Below are positions 51,822 to 64,000 of a stretch of DNA of 64,000 nucleotides, in pieces. The stretch covers positions 248,001-312,000 of the forward strand of contig CM082576.2 in NCBI GenBank assembly GCA_040954595.2, read 5' to 3'. Both the position numbers and the translations under genes were made by a program. Source of the stretch: Balanoglossus misakiensis (lineage: Eukaryota > Animalia > Hemichordata). Position 1 is the first letter of the stretch. Every line of letters begins with the position of its first letter. The notes beneath the pieces are model-generated. The model searched no databases and was not told where the DNA came from. It was given only the letters and a program-made list of their open reading frames with translations.

Positions 51822-54315
51822 CTGTTTCAAAATAAAAAGGGGAGACAGAAGAAGAGTTCAAATTGTGCAAATATCTGGGTGTGCTGCTGCCTTTGGAAAC
51901 AGTCAAAAAATGGTAGTTTTTCATTGGGCTACTTCACATGTGTATTATCAGAAGAGGTTTTCAGAAAATATGCAAAGTACACCCAGCTTCCCGCTATCAA
52001 AGGTTTTACAGACAAACTTAAGTGAGTTTTGATACAACCTATTCATACTAATCATTAGAATGACTGCTATAACCCTGATGTCACTTTTTGTTTCTCTTTC
52101 AAGTTCGTCTACATTAGATCAGACATGTGGGTACCAGCACATTATATGATGATGCACACTTGACAGTTTTCAATTGTTGATGGGAATAGTTGTAATAGTT
52201 GTTGTAAACTGCATTTACACAGTTCTAAATAGAGTACCCTAATTTTCCTTATGAACTTAAACTAATTTTTCATCCCTCTCAATCTCAGCATGCATGTCCA
52301 GTCTATTTTTAGATTATGATTCAAGTGCAAAATATGGTGAATTCATGAATACCAATAATCTATTTTGACCATGTACTGGTATCTGACTGAAAAAAAAATC
52401 TGATTGGTTGAATCATTTTATATAATTCTAATTCTTTGATATTTTTGACCAAATTGTTGATGTTCATCTGGCAAAACAATATAAATGGGAACCCCATAAT
52501 ATGTGAACTAGATTTATTGCACTGTATTTAAGCAACCATACAGTATTATAAATTTATAAATTTGTATTATTACTTCACAACTTGACTGGTATTTTGAGAA
52601 CAATTATTTTAAAAATACCACCCATATCACAGTCTGCAGATACATAAGTTTGGCACTTAATGTACTCTGATATGTTGTTAATGTTCCAGATCTTCAGACT
52701 TGCTGCATGGTAATTGTAGTTTCTCTACAGTCTTGGAACTCTAACAGCAGCGTATAATAATAAGGTGCCAGTAATATAATAGCAGTGTAGTTTTAAAACA
52801 AAATTGAGCGGCAAAATAAAGACAGATGGACAGAGGGTAATAAACAAACAAGTTACTCTGCATTTCCGACTCTGTCAACAAACCAAGATGTGCAACCGAT
52901 GTTACATGCATTCTACATACGGCATCATGAAGTTCCCAGACTTAGTGTATATAGAAGACCACAGCAGCCCTTAACATTCAAAGAGTGAACATATTTTTGT
53001 TTAATCTGGATGTTTACTGATCTTTTTCCCTCCTGTTCTTACATTAACACTACAAAACACCAGCTGGTCGGAAATTAATTCCTAGCGTTCCCCGTGATAC
53101 CAGTAATTGATGGGAATTCATGAAAATACTTCTCGCAGAATAAGTTCTTTGTTTGAGGTACAAATTCTGCTGGTAAGCTTCAAGCAGAGTGAGTGTTGCT
53201 ACCATACTGCCAAATTGCATATGAAAAACATAAAACGGGACTGTGCCACTGCGGATTTGTGAATATATGCTGGGTGTTTCAGAGAGCATAAGACCCATGT
53301 ACTTTTCCGTGGTACAATAAAAGGATAATCCAACTAAAATAAATGCCGTGGAAATAACTGTTTTCACCTTTTGTGGTTTGGGGAAGCCAGTTAGTTTCAT
53401 CATTTCTTTGATATACAAAGGAATGCCAACTATGCATTTTTGGCTGAACACAATGATTTTTATTTCATTTACCCTCTTCTGCCTCTTTATAATTGAGACA
53501 TAAAATGCAGATATGAGGTGCTTTGTGTCGAATGGCCAGGAATCATGCAATTATAAAAACATGATGATTTAAACAATTGCACCAAGTTATTATATCTTCA
53601 AGTAGGTCATTTTCTATTTCAAAAGAGACAATACATTAAACAAAATACCACATGTAATATTTAGCATTGAACTGATCCACGACTGTACAATGAAATAAAT
53701 GTATCATGTTTTTGCAGATATAACTTTCATGTTATGGTTACATGCAGGGCCCTTTAAGTACACTATAACGGCTCTATTGATTTTCAAAGGTTGCAGTGAA
53801 GGAATAATGGTTGACCAATGAAATACTGAGAATGTATTCACAGAACACACTTGAGTTTTGCACCACCTGCCAAAATGGGAAATGGTATGGCCAGGTTGTC
53901 TAATTGTCTTCCAGGTGTGATAATTGGATTGCCTTGAAAAGTGTCATTCTCATTCAGGTGATGGCTTAATCAGTGATTTTGTTTTTTTGTAAAAATGGTA
54001 TCACTACAAAGCCTGGTTTGACTTGTGATGAAAAATATTTCACACGTCCAATCTCCCCTGATTATGACAAATGTCTTCCTGTGACCTTGTTTTCGGAAAT
54101 ATCGGCCCGGGTATGTGTCCTTCATTCTCGGTTCAATTTTCCCCTGACTCAAAAAAATGCACACACAAACACACATACATACACACGCTAACAATTCTCT
54201 GCAATCTGTTTCTATAGTGGCAGTGTTTGGCCATGACAGGGCACATCTTTCTTTTTGACCTCAGTGGATGCACTTTATTGGCACAGGGTCATTTGTGAGA
54301 CACGTAGGTACTTGC

Positions 54316-54410
54316 CTGTAGTAGACGCTAAGGGTCTGCAGTTCATCCTCTAGCTTTCGAACTTTGGCAAGGGCCATGTTTCGTTCTTGTTGCGTGGCTT
54401 GAAGCTGGGC
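54316..54410 (-). CDS. mipol1: MIPOL1 (mirror-image polydactyly 1) orthologue, third-from-last coding exon (95 nt, phase 0 to 2)
   Basis: Acceptor ttttacaataaacag. Encodes the coiled-coil peptide AQLQATQQERNMALAKVRKLEDELQTLSVYY(S), resembling vertebrate MIPOL1 ...KKLEEEIQTLRVYYS as I recall it. Donor is AG|GCAAGT (GC-AG type). Confidence 0.9.
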
Positions 54411-57400
54411 CTGTTTATTGTAAAAAACAAGAGAAAAAGGACAGAAATCAAACTTCTCTTCAAGACACGAGGAGAATAACAAGGAGAAAAAGCATTACTT
54501 CTACACAGACAGATAAACATGCTGATAAAAAAGTGCCAGCACACATTGATCTGTTTTGCTTGTAAACACCGCCATGAATCTTTCAGACGTTTGCCATCTT
54601 TTAGTTTCCTTGGATGGGCAAACACCATCAAGGCATGTCAGTGAAAGTGATCGCTGAAAATCATCACCATGCAAAAAGACTTTCTTTCGTAAATATACAT
54701 TGGTGAACTCTGTACGACTCAGTGACGACTATGTAATGGCTTGTTTTGGCGACACCTTTGTTTCTTGTCCTCTTTCCCTTTGTCATCATGGCAAGAATTA
54801 GATTGTGTGGTGCAATGGGGAACCCCAGGAAAGGAATGCTCACAGATATGACTGTTACGCGTACTTGACAAGACGTGAATACTGCACACATCAGATGGAA
54901 GAAAGCAGCATTCAACTACGAGTAAATTATGCTGACAGACTAAATTTCACCTAAAAAACAACAGCAGATTTTGTGTGTGCAAGTCCATTCTCGATGCAGC
55001 CTTTTTCCAAATTCTATACACCCATTTTACAGATTATGTTCTCTGTCCAAACTGAGACAGAATTTTCTCTTCAGTGGATGTGGTTTGTGAGCTTTAACAT
55101 TTTATAAGAATGAAGAGCAGCTAATCCCCATTGAAACCACCATTCACACACACTGCCATAACGGAACACACACAGGCTGTAATGGATGAAGCTATTTAGC
55201 ATCCCTCAAATTTGACAGAACCATTTAACTTCTCTAAAACTGCTGACAAAATGGACCATAAAAAACAGCCCCTTTGAGACTCCACAAAGCCAGAAAGCTC
55301 ACCAACATTTCATAATTTTATTACTTAGCTGAAATGTTTTACGGAAATGGGGCTCAGCAGGACGTCACATGATGAGCGTCAAATATTACCAAACAAAGTT
55401 ATGATGTGTGCTTACGTCTAGGAAATGCAAAAATTAAATTGTGACAGGAATCAGTTCATGAACTTGTCAATTTCAAATTCCAAAACACACTAACACTTAA
55501 AAGAGTTAGATTGTTTTCCCACAAGTAAATAAATTTACTGTGTAATGCTGGAGGGGAATCCAGTGATGACTGAACTCATTTAAGTGTATATACAGATATT
55601 TTTTAAACTGGGAAGTGTTTAATCTTATTAAATAGAGTAGTTTTCATACTAAACATTTGCAAGAGTGACAGAGTAAACTGTGTCAGTCAGATCAAAGACA
55701 ACAATTGCAGGGACCTCCATCAGCAACTGTGGCATGTACCCCCCTGTCTCTCCTTCTCCGTCTATTGCTGGAAGAAATACAACATAGTCCAGCAAACAAA
55801 GGCTAAACACACAAGCTATGAGAAGAGTGAATGGGAGATAAACTCAGCCTGGCAAATATCTAATTGGTGTGGACTTTATCAATGTATTCAAATATCCAAG
55901 AACTAACTCAAACACTTGTATGTGGCTGGGCCAGCTTAGGTCTATACACTTTAGATTACATGCTACACTACCGTTGAGAACTACCCACAATGGTCAGAAA
56001 TCTTTTAACAGGGAAATTTCATTCAGAAAGAATAAAAAGAGCTCACAAGTACTCTATCAATTTACTATGCGGTAACTTCTTTGTTGTTATTTTCTTTTAT
56101 TTCTCTCTCTCTCTCTCTCTCTCTCTCAAAGGTAACTGTTTTGACCTGTGTTTACAATGATATGTATGTAGCCATACTTTGAGTGAGAGAGAGAAAGAAA
56201 GCATCGACAGAGGGAATCGATATTTAGAAAAGTCTTTCTGCAAACATTTTAGAGCAGAAAATAGAACGAAAAGGGGGTCCAGAGATGCTTTTTTCCTGTC
56301 TTGTTCCTAAGTGTGTAGGTGAGTTGGGGTGTAAAAGAGAGCAAACAGCCCTATTGGCTGTGCTAATGAAGATGGGAATCCTTCAAAAGGTTTTGTGCCA
56401 TATCTGTATCAAATTCCAAACATACAGCCCAATTAAATTGACAGTTGTCAGTGACTTGTCACACCTCCCCAGGCCAGGGCCGCCGTTGCTGCTGTTGCTT
56501 CACAAGTGACTTGACATCATGGTGACTTAGTCAGGCAGACTCCAAAGCACATACATGACTCATGCTGCAGTACTGCCCATCCCGTGACACTCATTGTCAG
56601 AATTTCAATTTGAGACTGGGGACACATCGGCACGAGATATGTCCGTCCATGATGTTGTCTGAGTTCTTATCACCATGACAACATGGAAGCTTTCTCATTT
56701 CAATTACAAATGACTGACATTACTCTAAAATAACTAAAATGGCCCATACTCTGGTCAGCTGATGGTTTCAAAAGAGTTAATACACATTGGATGATTCAGT
56801 TCCTGATCTTGCTCATTTGGTTTCTGATCTCTATCTCAGAACAACTAATTTCAGTATTTGAAATAAACCCCAGGATATCAAACTCCGGACTGTTAGTTTC
56901 CTACATACATCACAATATGCAGATACATACAGCATCATTAAATTGGCCCCCTTTTAAAGTTTAAAATTGTATTTCTTTGGATAAGCACTTGGGCTTTGAA
57001 TTTGACCTTCACTCAGAACTGGAGGCTAGGCATGCCAGTGTGATGTCCCCAAAGTTAGCAAATTGAAGACATTGACTTTTCCAATCAAAAGATCAAATAT
57101 TTTCCAAAGATTGTCAGATGTGTGGGAGAGTTTAACCAGCAGATTAAAGACATTCCTTATCTGTAGCTTTGGACCCTACCTGTATACAAACCATTAACCA
57201 GCAGCAACAGAAACTCATGAGCCAGACAGAGGGAGAAGACTTTTTATTCTAACTATAAAACCGGCTTGAATAATGATTGAGTAAAAAAAAGAAAAAAAAG
57301 GAAAAAACGACGAGACAGAGATTAAATCAAGTACTTCTGCCATTGTTAATGGATGCATGTATTTGATGGATATCCCTGAAAGGAGATAAAGCTGGCTGGC

Positions 57401-58079
57401 CTATTAAAGGTGGCCCTGTCGCTCTCTTGCATTTGTTTGCCTGTGTTTTTTGTATCTGTTTTATTGGAAAAGACAACACAGGTAGTTGATTCAACTTAGT
57501 AGGCCAAACTCTTGAGCTTCTCTAGGAGCAAACACAGGGTGGGAGAGAGCCAAGCCTGGAGAGATGACAGATAACATAGGAGCTGTATTGGCTGTCTCTT
57601 GCTGATGACAGTTAGAGTACTTGGACAGTGCTTACACTAGGAAACTATTGCGTTTATCACTGATCATGCTGTATTTGCAGGAAATATCATTTATCCTATT
57701 TTAGCCTTGCAGCACATATATCATCTGGAATACAGCTCTCGCAAAAGCACCTTGTCAGGTTAAGTAATCATTGATTTGCAGGTATCAAAAAGTTCTGAGT
57801 TTTGACAGCATGACTTTCTCTAAATCCCCCAAATATTCCTTTTATGTAAATATTTTAATGTTGCATACTGCATGGGGACACCACTGCATGTGAACAAAAG
57901 CAATTTTATGTAAATTAATTCAGATAACATGAACTTTGAATATTGGGGTACTTTTTGGATTTGTCAGAGTGGGCCTCTGTTAGTGCAAGCGTGGGATATC
58001 AGACATATCCTGCAGAAAATGTTCTCTTTTCATCATTTTCCTAAGTCATCTACTTTTTAATTCATCTGTAATATTTGTA

Positions 58080-58410
58080 TCCCAGTCTATCACTGCGTCC
58101 TGCTATCAGTATACAGGTGTCACTCAGTGGTTGTACTGCTTAAGGTCTCGGGAAAAGAACCTTCTGACAATAACACATTACAAACAAGTCAACTATGGAG
58201 GACGTGCATTTTCTTATGCTGCTCCAAAGCTCTGGAACTCACTACCTGATGACATTTGTCTAGCTACCAGTCTAGACTCTTTTAAGGGGAAACTGAAGAC
58301 TCACTTGTTTAAAACAGCCTACAGTGTGTGAACAACCATCGGGCGCCACTGAACAGTTCTCTGGATATTGGTGCCATATAAATGTTTTTGATTGATTGAT
58401 TGATTGATTG
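58080..58410 (+). mobile_element. 5'-truncated L2/CR1-clade LINE 3' end, antisense within a mipol1 intron
   Basis: Translation LRS...YGGRAFSYAAPKLWNSLPDDICLATSLDSFKGKLKTHLFKTAY is the typical C-terminus of L2/CR1/Crack ORF2. It is followed by a short 3'UTR and a (GATT)n tail at about 58389-58410. Confidence 0.9.
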
Positions 58411-59611
58411 TATTGTAGGGTGTATGTGTGGGGGGAGGGGGAAGGGAGGGGGATATGCAGCATGGAATGAGATGCTCCTGTGCCTCTGCTCATACCAATG
58501 GCTAAACTCTTCGAGACTGTGAATGTTCTGCATACATTACTGTCAGAAAATGTCATATAAGTCTACACTGCCTTCTTCCCATCCTTACTGTCATCCCTCA
58601 ATATGGAAAAGTTTCTCTGTTTGTATTCAGGCTTTCGACAGAACTGGGACAAGTGGTTAAAATTAATAAACTATTTTTCCAAAACTCGGAAATTGCCTCA
58701 ACTTTGCTGGTACTCTTTGCCTCTACTGGAACCGGGCCAAACACGGTTCTGACACAAAGCACAACAGTCTGTATGTGTTTAACAACATTGAAGTAGTACT
58801 GGCTTTACTTTAACAGTCACTAATGCCAGAGATCACCTATCAACACTAGTCACAATATGGAATATCCCTGGCCAGCCATTACTTCAGGACCATATGATTA
58901 ACCAAATTTTATGCCCGCAATTCCTTTACAATCATAATCCATAACAAAAGTGGGATTTTGATGACAGTGTATGCAACTACCAGCACATTATGTGAGACAA
59001 CACTGAAACTACACAGACAAAGAAGTACATCTACCCGTATAAGTACAACATAGACTTGTATCCTTCATCATAATACATGTTCCAAACGGGCCCCAAAATT
59101 AAAAATATTAATAAATATTCTGAAGTGGACATTAACATATTTCACAAAATATGGCTATGAAAATAGTTTTTGATATTGAGATTAATAAAGTTCAAATAAT
59201 TTGCAACAATGCCTGAGAGTTTGCTTTGCATCCCTAACAGAAATGAAAAGGGAAGAAATTTACGATGGATTTGAAAAATGTCAAATAGTTTGGACATCTG
59301 ATACCAGTATAAGCAGCAACACAAATTATGGACATCTGTTAAACTTCTGATTTGTCTTTTTTTTCCTCGCCCTTCTCTCTTATATTTCTCTACTGGGCAT
59401 ACCACATTCAATTATAAAAACACAGACTTTTCACCCAACTCAAGCGGCAAATGACAAATGTTCATCTGGAACAACACTGATAATTTCAAAACATCTAATT
59501 CCGATGTTCTGAAGGAAGGAAAGAGCATTAGAAACTACACACCATTATGTAGGAGTGTTCGTAATTATGGATTCCTGGGACAATACAAATTGGTTGATGA
59601 AGATTAAGTAG

Positions 59612-59716
59612 GCTGATTGGTTGAGTTAGACATAGAGGCTTATGATTGGCTGAATGAAACATGTTGGCTGACTGTGATTGGTTGAATCTGATATAAAGGC
59701 ATATGACTGGCTGAAT
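59612..59716 (+). repeat. Diverged ~61-bp tandem duplication carrying reverse CCAAT motifs
   Basis: ctgattggttgagttagacatagaggcttatgattggctgaat versus gtgattggttgaatctgatataaaggcatatgactggctgaat. Confidence 0.75.
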
Positions 59717-62700
59717 TGGGTTTGGTTGAACAAGACAAACTGCCTAGTGCAAACATGTGACTTCTGACCTGTCACCTACCTTTGTGATTGGCACCGAAAT
59801 AAAAAATCCTTTAAGTAAATAAATAAATCATCATTGATAAATTTTATTATAGACTGTCTATGATTTTATACTATGCAGAGGTCACTTGTTTAAGGTTCTT
59901 CATGAAATACTTGGTAATGTTCCATGTTTAAAACAAACCTCACACCAGTTTAATCACCATTATCAATACAAAACTGACCTGCAATTGTCCCCCAGGCTTC
60001 TTTGTCCAAACTGCTAATTTAGAAGTCAAGGTATTTTACAATCCTGCCACTGACCTGTTTAATTTTGTGTTTACAGCATACATACATACATGGTCTTGCA
60101 ATTTGAATTTTGCTTCCTTTGCTTAAAGTCACACAATAATCAAATGGCAACAAACACATGCTCACGTCAAAAAGCTGAAGAAAGGCAGATTAACAATACT
60201 GAACAAGTTACGAGTCTACAAGATTCACAAGCATGTGCGTACGATATCCACTCAAAATGCTGAAACCTATAACTATACATCTTTCAACTCAGCAACGAAA
60301 GACTTCAACCAAACTAGCTAGCAACATGCGTAGCCATTCCATGGCAAGGCGTACACTCTGACATGACAAATGAGAGGCTACTTTGGGAATAATACCTGTC
60401 ACCAACTTCTTTTGGACGGATATTGATCCCGTATATTTCAAGAAAAACTAGTGAATTTCAGTGTCATTTGGCTGAGATAACATGTCTTTGGAATGCCAAC
60501 ATTAATCTATTTAAAAGGCCATTGAGATAAAGTCAGATTTTTTTTTATTATTATGGGTTATTCCATTACCATTTCCAGTGTGTGTCACGTCAGCGATGTC
60601 AAATTGTTTAAATTCGATCAGTGGGGCAGGTCAGACACTAAGTGGTCATGATTGATTATCCTAAGTGGAAAGTCAGATTTTAAAACAAAAAATAAAAAGC
60701 ATGGGACTAGAATTTATCATTTGAAGTGGGTTTTCAATTCGCCATGATAAGGAGATATGAGATGAGATTTTTTTCTTTTAATGTATATTTGTACATATTG
60801 GTGATAATGCTAAGGTTAAGCTAGTATCAACATTATGTGTATCATAAGTTTTTCAAAATTGAGTTCTTCACAGATCAACTCGTGTATTTTATTCCTGTTT
60901 TCCCCTGTTTGTTTGATAAATTAATCTATTTTTGCTGATTGAATGCAACTCATTTTCATGTCCCTTGTGGACTATTTGTTGTAATTGGGAGATCCAGATA
61001 CAAGCCTTAATTATTTCTCAAATGTCCATTCTTTCATTTTACAATTATTGTTATTGGTGCGATTTGAAGTTTTGTAACAGAAGGAATGAAATGCTGGCAC
61101 CACTGGTTCATCACGTCAAAGTGGTTTAATCATCTCGCACACAAGAATTATGGTGCATATGAACTGGTTTGATGGATCTGCAGATATCGCTGATGATGCT
61201 TGTCACTGCACATCACCTGGTACACAGTGAAACACGGCGGCAATAAAAGTACGACTACAAGATATTGTATCTTAGATACACCAGTGACCTTCAGCAAACA
61301 CAGGCACTACGAACAACACAAGTACGGTATTGAGGCCAGGGGGCTGAGACTTGGATGCAGGAGAGGAAATGGTGCTGTTCAAATAGTAGAATTGATGAAC
61401 ATCACGGACAGGTGCCAGAATTGTGGATTGGCTACGGGGAAACGGGGCTTTCTGTAGTATCCTCAAAGCACACCACAGAAAAACTAAAAATTGAATTCAT
61501 GGAATGCAATTTCAAATATAAGGTGTGAACATATAACATCTCATTCAAAATGGTACTTTTGTCATAATGCAATGAAAATGGACCTTAATTTTCACTTTTC
61601 TAAAAGTTGTTTATGTTGGATATCCGGTAAAAATTTTGAAATTGCAAGGAACTTCTAGGTCTTGCAGCTTCAACATTTTGAAATAAATGCCAACAGACGC
61701 TGAAGATGACCATGGGAAAGGTTAAAGCACTTGTAGAGAGATATGGACAACCTTGTTTTTGAATAATGTTGTTTTACTCAAAACTGAAGGGAAATATAGA
61801 AAGAAGGCGGTGCTGAGGCCAGAGACAAAATATTGATTTACTAGTATGTGAGAGTGCTCATAGTGAAGGCTTTGAGAAACCAGTCAGAGCTTTAGATGGG
61901 CAGATTCAGCTGAATTTAATACAGATGTTTCACGCTGGAAATGTATTTGTATAGTCTGTCGCTGAAAGATGTTGTACTCTCAGTCATTACACTTCTACTG
62001 TCATGCTGCTTGCAAAGGAAGCATATTATAAAAGTGCAATGATGTCAAAATAGATGGTACCCACCAAATATTATGTCATTCAGCTGGTTATGTCATGCCT
62101 GTACAAAGGTTGTGGGGCTCACAAAACCAACACTTCAGCATTTTTTGCAGTCAGTCTTACAACATAAATAACCTGTCATAGGAGGATAACATAAATAATC
62201 TCTCAGAGGAAACAAAAATGACTAAAATATTATCAGCTTATGGACTGGAGTGTTAACAATTTGAGACGAATGTCCCTATAGCAAACCTAGAACCCCGGGC
62301 AATTTGAAAAATGATGAATCTATTCTAACAGGTCACCTACAATATATATTGTGAGAATTGTGACCGCAACAATTACAACAGTGCTGGTCATTAAAGGTGT
62401 ATTGCCCCGATTTGTTCTTTCCTATCTTTACATTGTATTACCCTTATGACAAGGCTGAATTATGTTGTCTTTTTTTTTAAGATTGCTGGGTACAGATGAA
62501 TGAATATAGAGTGTGGTGGAGTTGACATGTTTTGGTTCAGATAAAATTCTGAACAAGAGGTTCACACTTTCGTTGGTTGACAATCTCTGAGCTGCAGAGA
62601 CAGTAACAGCAGTCTCAATGGCTCTGTGTACATGTATGTATATGGGGTCTTTGCATGTGTGCACATGCATGTGTGTGTAAGTTATATCACCTTACTTCAG

Positions 62701-63869
62701 CTAAGTTATTAGAGGTCACCCTGATGCACTGTAGTCTGTAGTTTTCTGATATGATTGCTTGCATTTATTGGAAATGAATGAAAGGTGAAAATGATCCAGT
62801 ACAGAGCATAGGTGTACCTCTTTTATGTCCATGTACAGTCTGAGCATTATGCCTAGAGATGATATACTAGTAATAATTGCTTATCGCTGTAGGCTATGAA
62901 CTGGGAATTCACCTCAGAAAGTTATCAATACTTGGGATTTCACTACACCATTAAGTTAACTGACAGCTTTTCGTTTGATGTAAGTGGCTACTTTATGAAA
63001 AAAAATGACTTTCAACATAACTGGCGGTGTAACAGTAACAGGTTGAGCACCACCGGAGATATTTGGAACATCTGATGTTTGCTTTGAAAATGCAGACACC
63101 GCACAACCCACAATATTTGTACTCCTTTGTTGAACTGCACAAACACGCGAAACAGGGGACTTCAAACACGTCTTGACAAAAATTCAATTCTCAAGAACTT
63201 CATCACCATTTAGCCTGGTGACGGAAAGTTACGCAAGATGCTTTACGCAAGATGCTACATGTAGACTGGGCAGGTACAAGTTACACAATGAGCTAACAAC
63301 TCAACAGGGATCATGCTGATTATAGATAGGACTTTACCATAAGTCCATCAGCGAATAATTTCTGAGTGATAAGCAGGTCTGCTCAGGGAACAATTCTGTC
63401 AGAATTAATTTCCCCGGTGACTGATTTATTGTCAGTAAAGCGGCCAGTGTGAAGCAAAAACCAAATACACCCAGAGATAAGACAGTTAGATGGCACAGAA
63501 AGTAATTTCGAGGTACTAGAAAAATGCCTGGATGCCATCCCCAACTTGCACCAGAACTGCTCTGTGTTTATTCACAGTAATAAAATTTTATGGCCTAGGG
63601 AGTAATCATTTATGGATTATACTATGGTATTCTTAAATTTTTTTTCAATGGGATATGAAGTTGAAATGAATCAAAAAACACAGAGTCCACAATCCTCTTT
63701 TGTTAGCTAATAAAAAGGTCCAAGTTGAAGTGTGGAACACCAAGGCCTGATAAGGAAGGAAAAACAAGTCATAAGTCTCCTCTGTCTGGTGCCAATTACA
63801 CATTTAATAAACCAAAATGAAAACAGGAAATGACTATCCAACCCTACCCAGGCAGGTCAAACTGAGGAT

Positions 63870-63901
<32 letters not shown>

Positions 63902-63911
63902 GGGGGGGGGG
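63870..63911 (+). repeat. Poly-G tract (others at about 31376-31393 and 50459-50499)
   Basis: Directly visible; G-quadruplex-capable, and the length may be affected by sequencing error. Confidence 0.9.
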
Positions 63912-64000
63912 TCGATATGGCCTCACCTTTCCTCTGCCTATATTTCAAGCTAGAACTAAAATTATTTAATGAAATAATGTAATATTGTCTGTGTAAGTCT

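Noticed and set aside
51623-51924. Track ORFs 51623-51805(+) and 51736-51924(-)
   Set aside because: Wrong strand or frame; the real coding frame is the mipol1 exon 51591-51821(-).
59774-59812. Strong minus-strand donor AAG|GTAGGT as a candidate upstream mipol1 exon end
   Set aside because: Poor acceptor, and the frame (FFISVPITK) is not MIPOL1-like; the true upstream exon probably lies beyond the window.
61200-61457. Possible decayed retroelement coding fragment (AAIKVRL...)
   Set aside because: Stops and frameshifts, with only a vague resemblance; needs tBLASTn or RepeatMasker to support.
62956-63187. Cys-rich minus-strand ORF
   Set aside because: No true ATG, no recognisable zinc-finger spacing or clean splice sites, and unlike the coiled-coil sequence expected for the next mipol1 exon.

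Overview
Eukaryotic (animal) genomic DNA, most likely an invertebrate deuterostome such as a hemichordate; the taxon is inferred from protein style and gene order, not verified. Two genes are recognisable. (1) An intact single-ORF foxA (forkhead/HNF3) gene on + at 6779-8023, with a recognisable core promoter. (2) The last three coding exons of a mipol1 orthologue on - (54316-54410, 51591-51821, 46826-46892), which the ORF track largely misses; they splice in frame only through a non-canonical GC-AG intron. The genes are convergent, with about 39 kb of gene-free, CpG-normal DNA between them. This is the foxA-mipol1 end of the conserved deuterostome pharyngeal gene cluster. CpG drops sharply at about 45.5 kb, consistent with gene-body methylation of mipol1. 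Other features are an L2/CR1-type LINE 3' end, a TA-flanked MITE, a diverged local duplication, microsatellites and candidate cis-regulatory modules. I found no evidence of a wholly new multi-gene system. The most novel-looking lead is a possible alternative splice of foxA that would delete its EH1 repressor motif.
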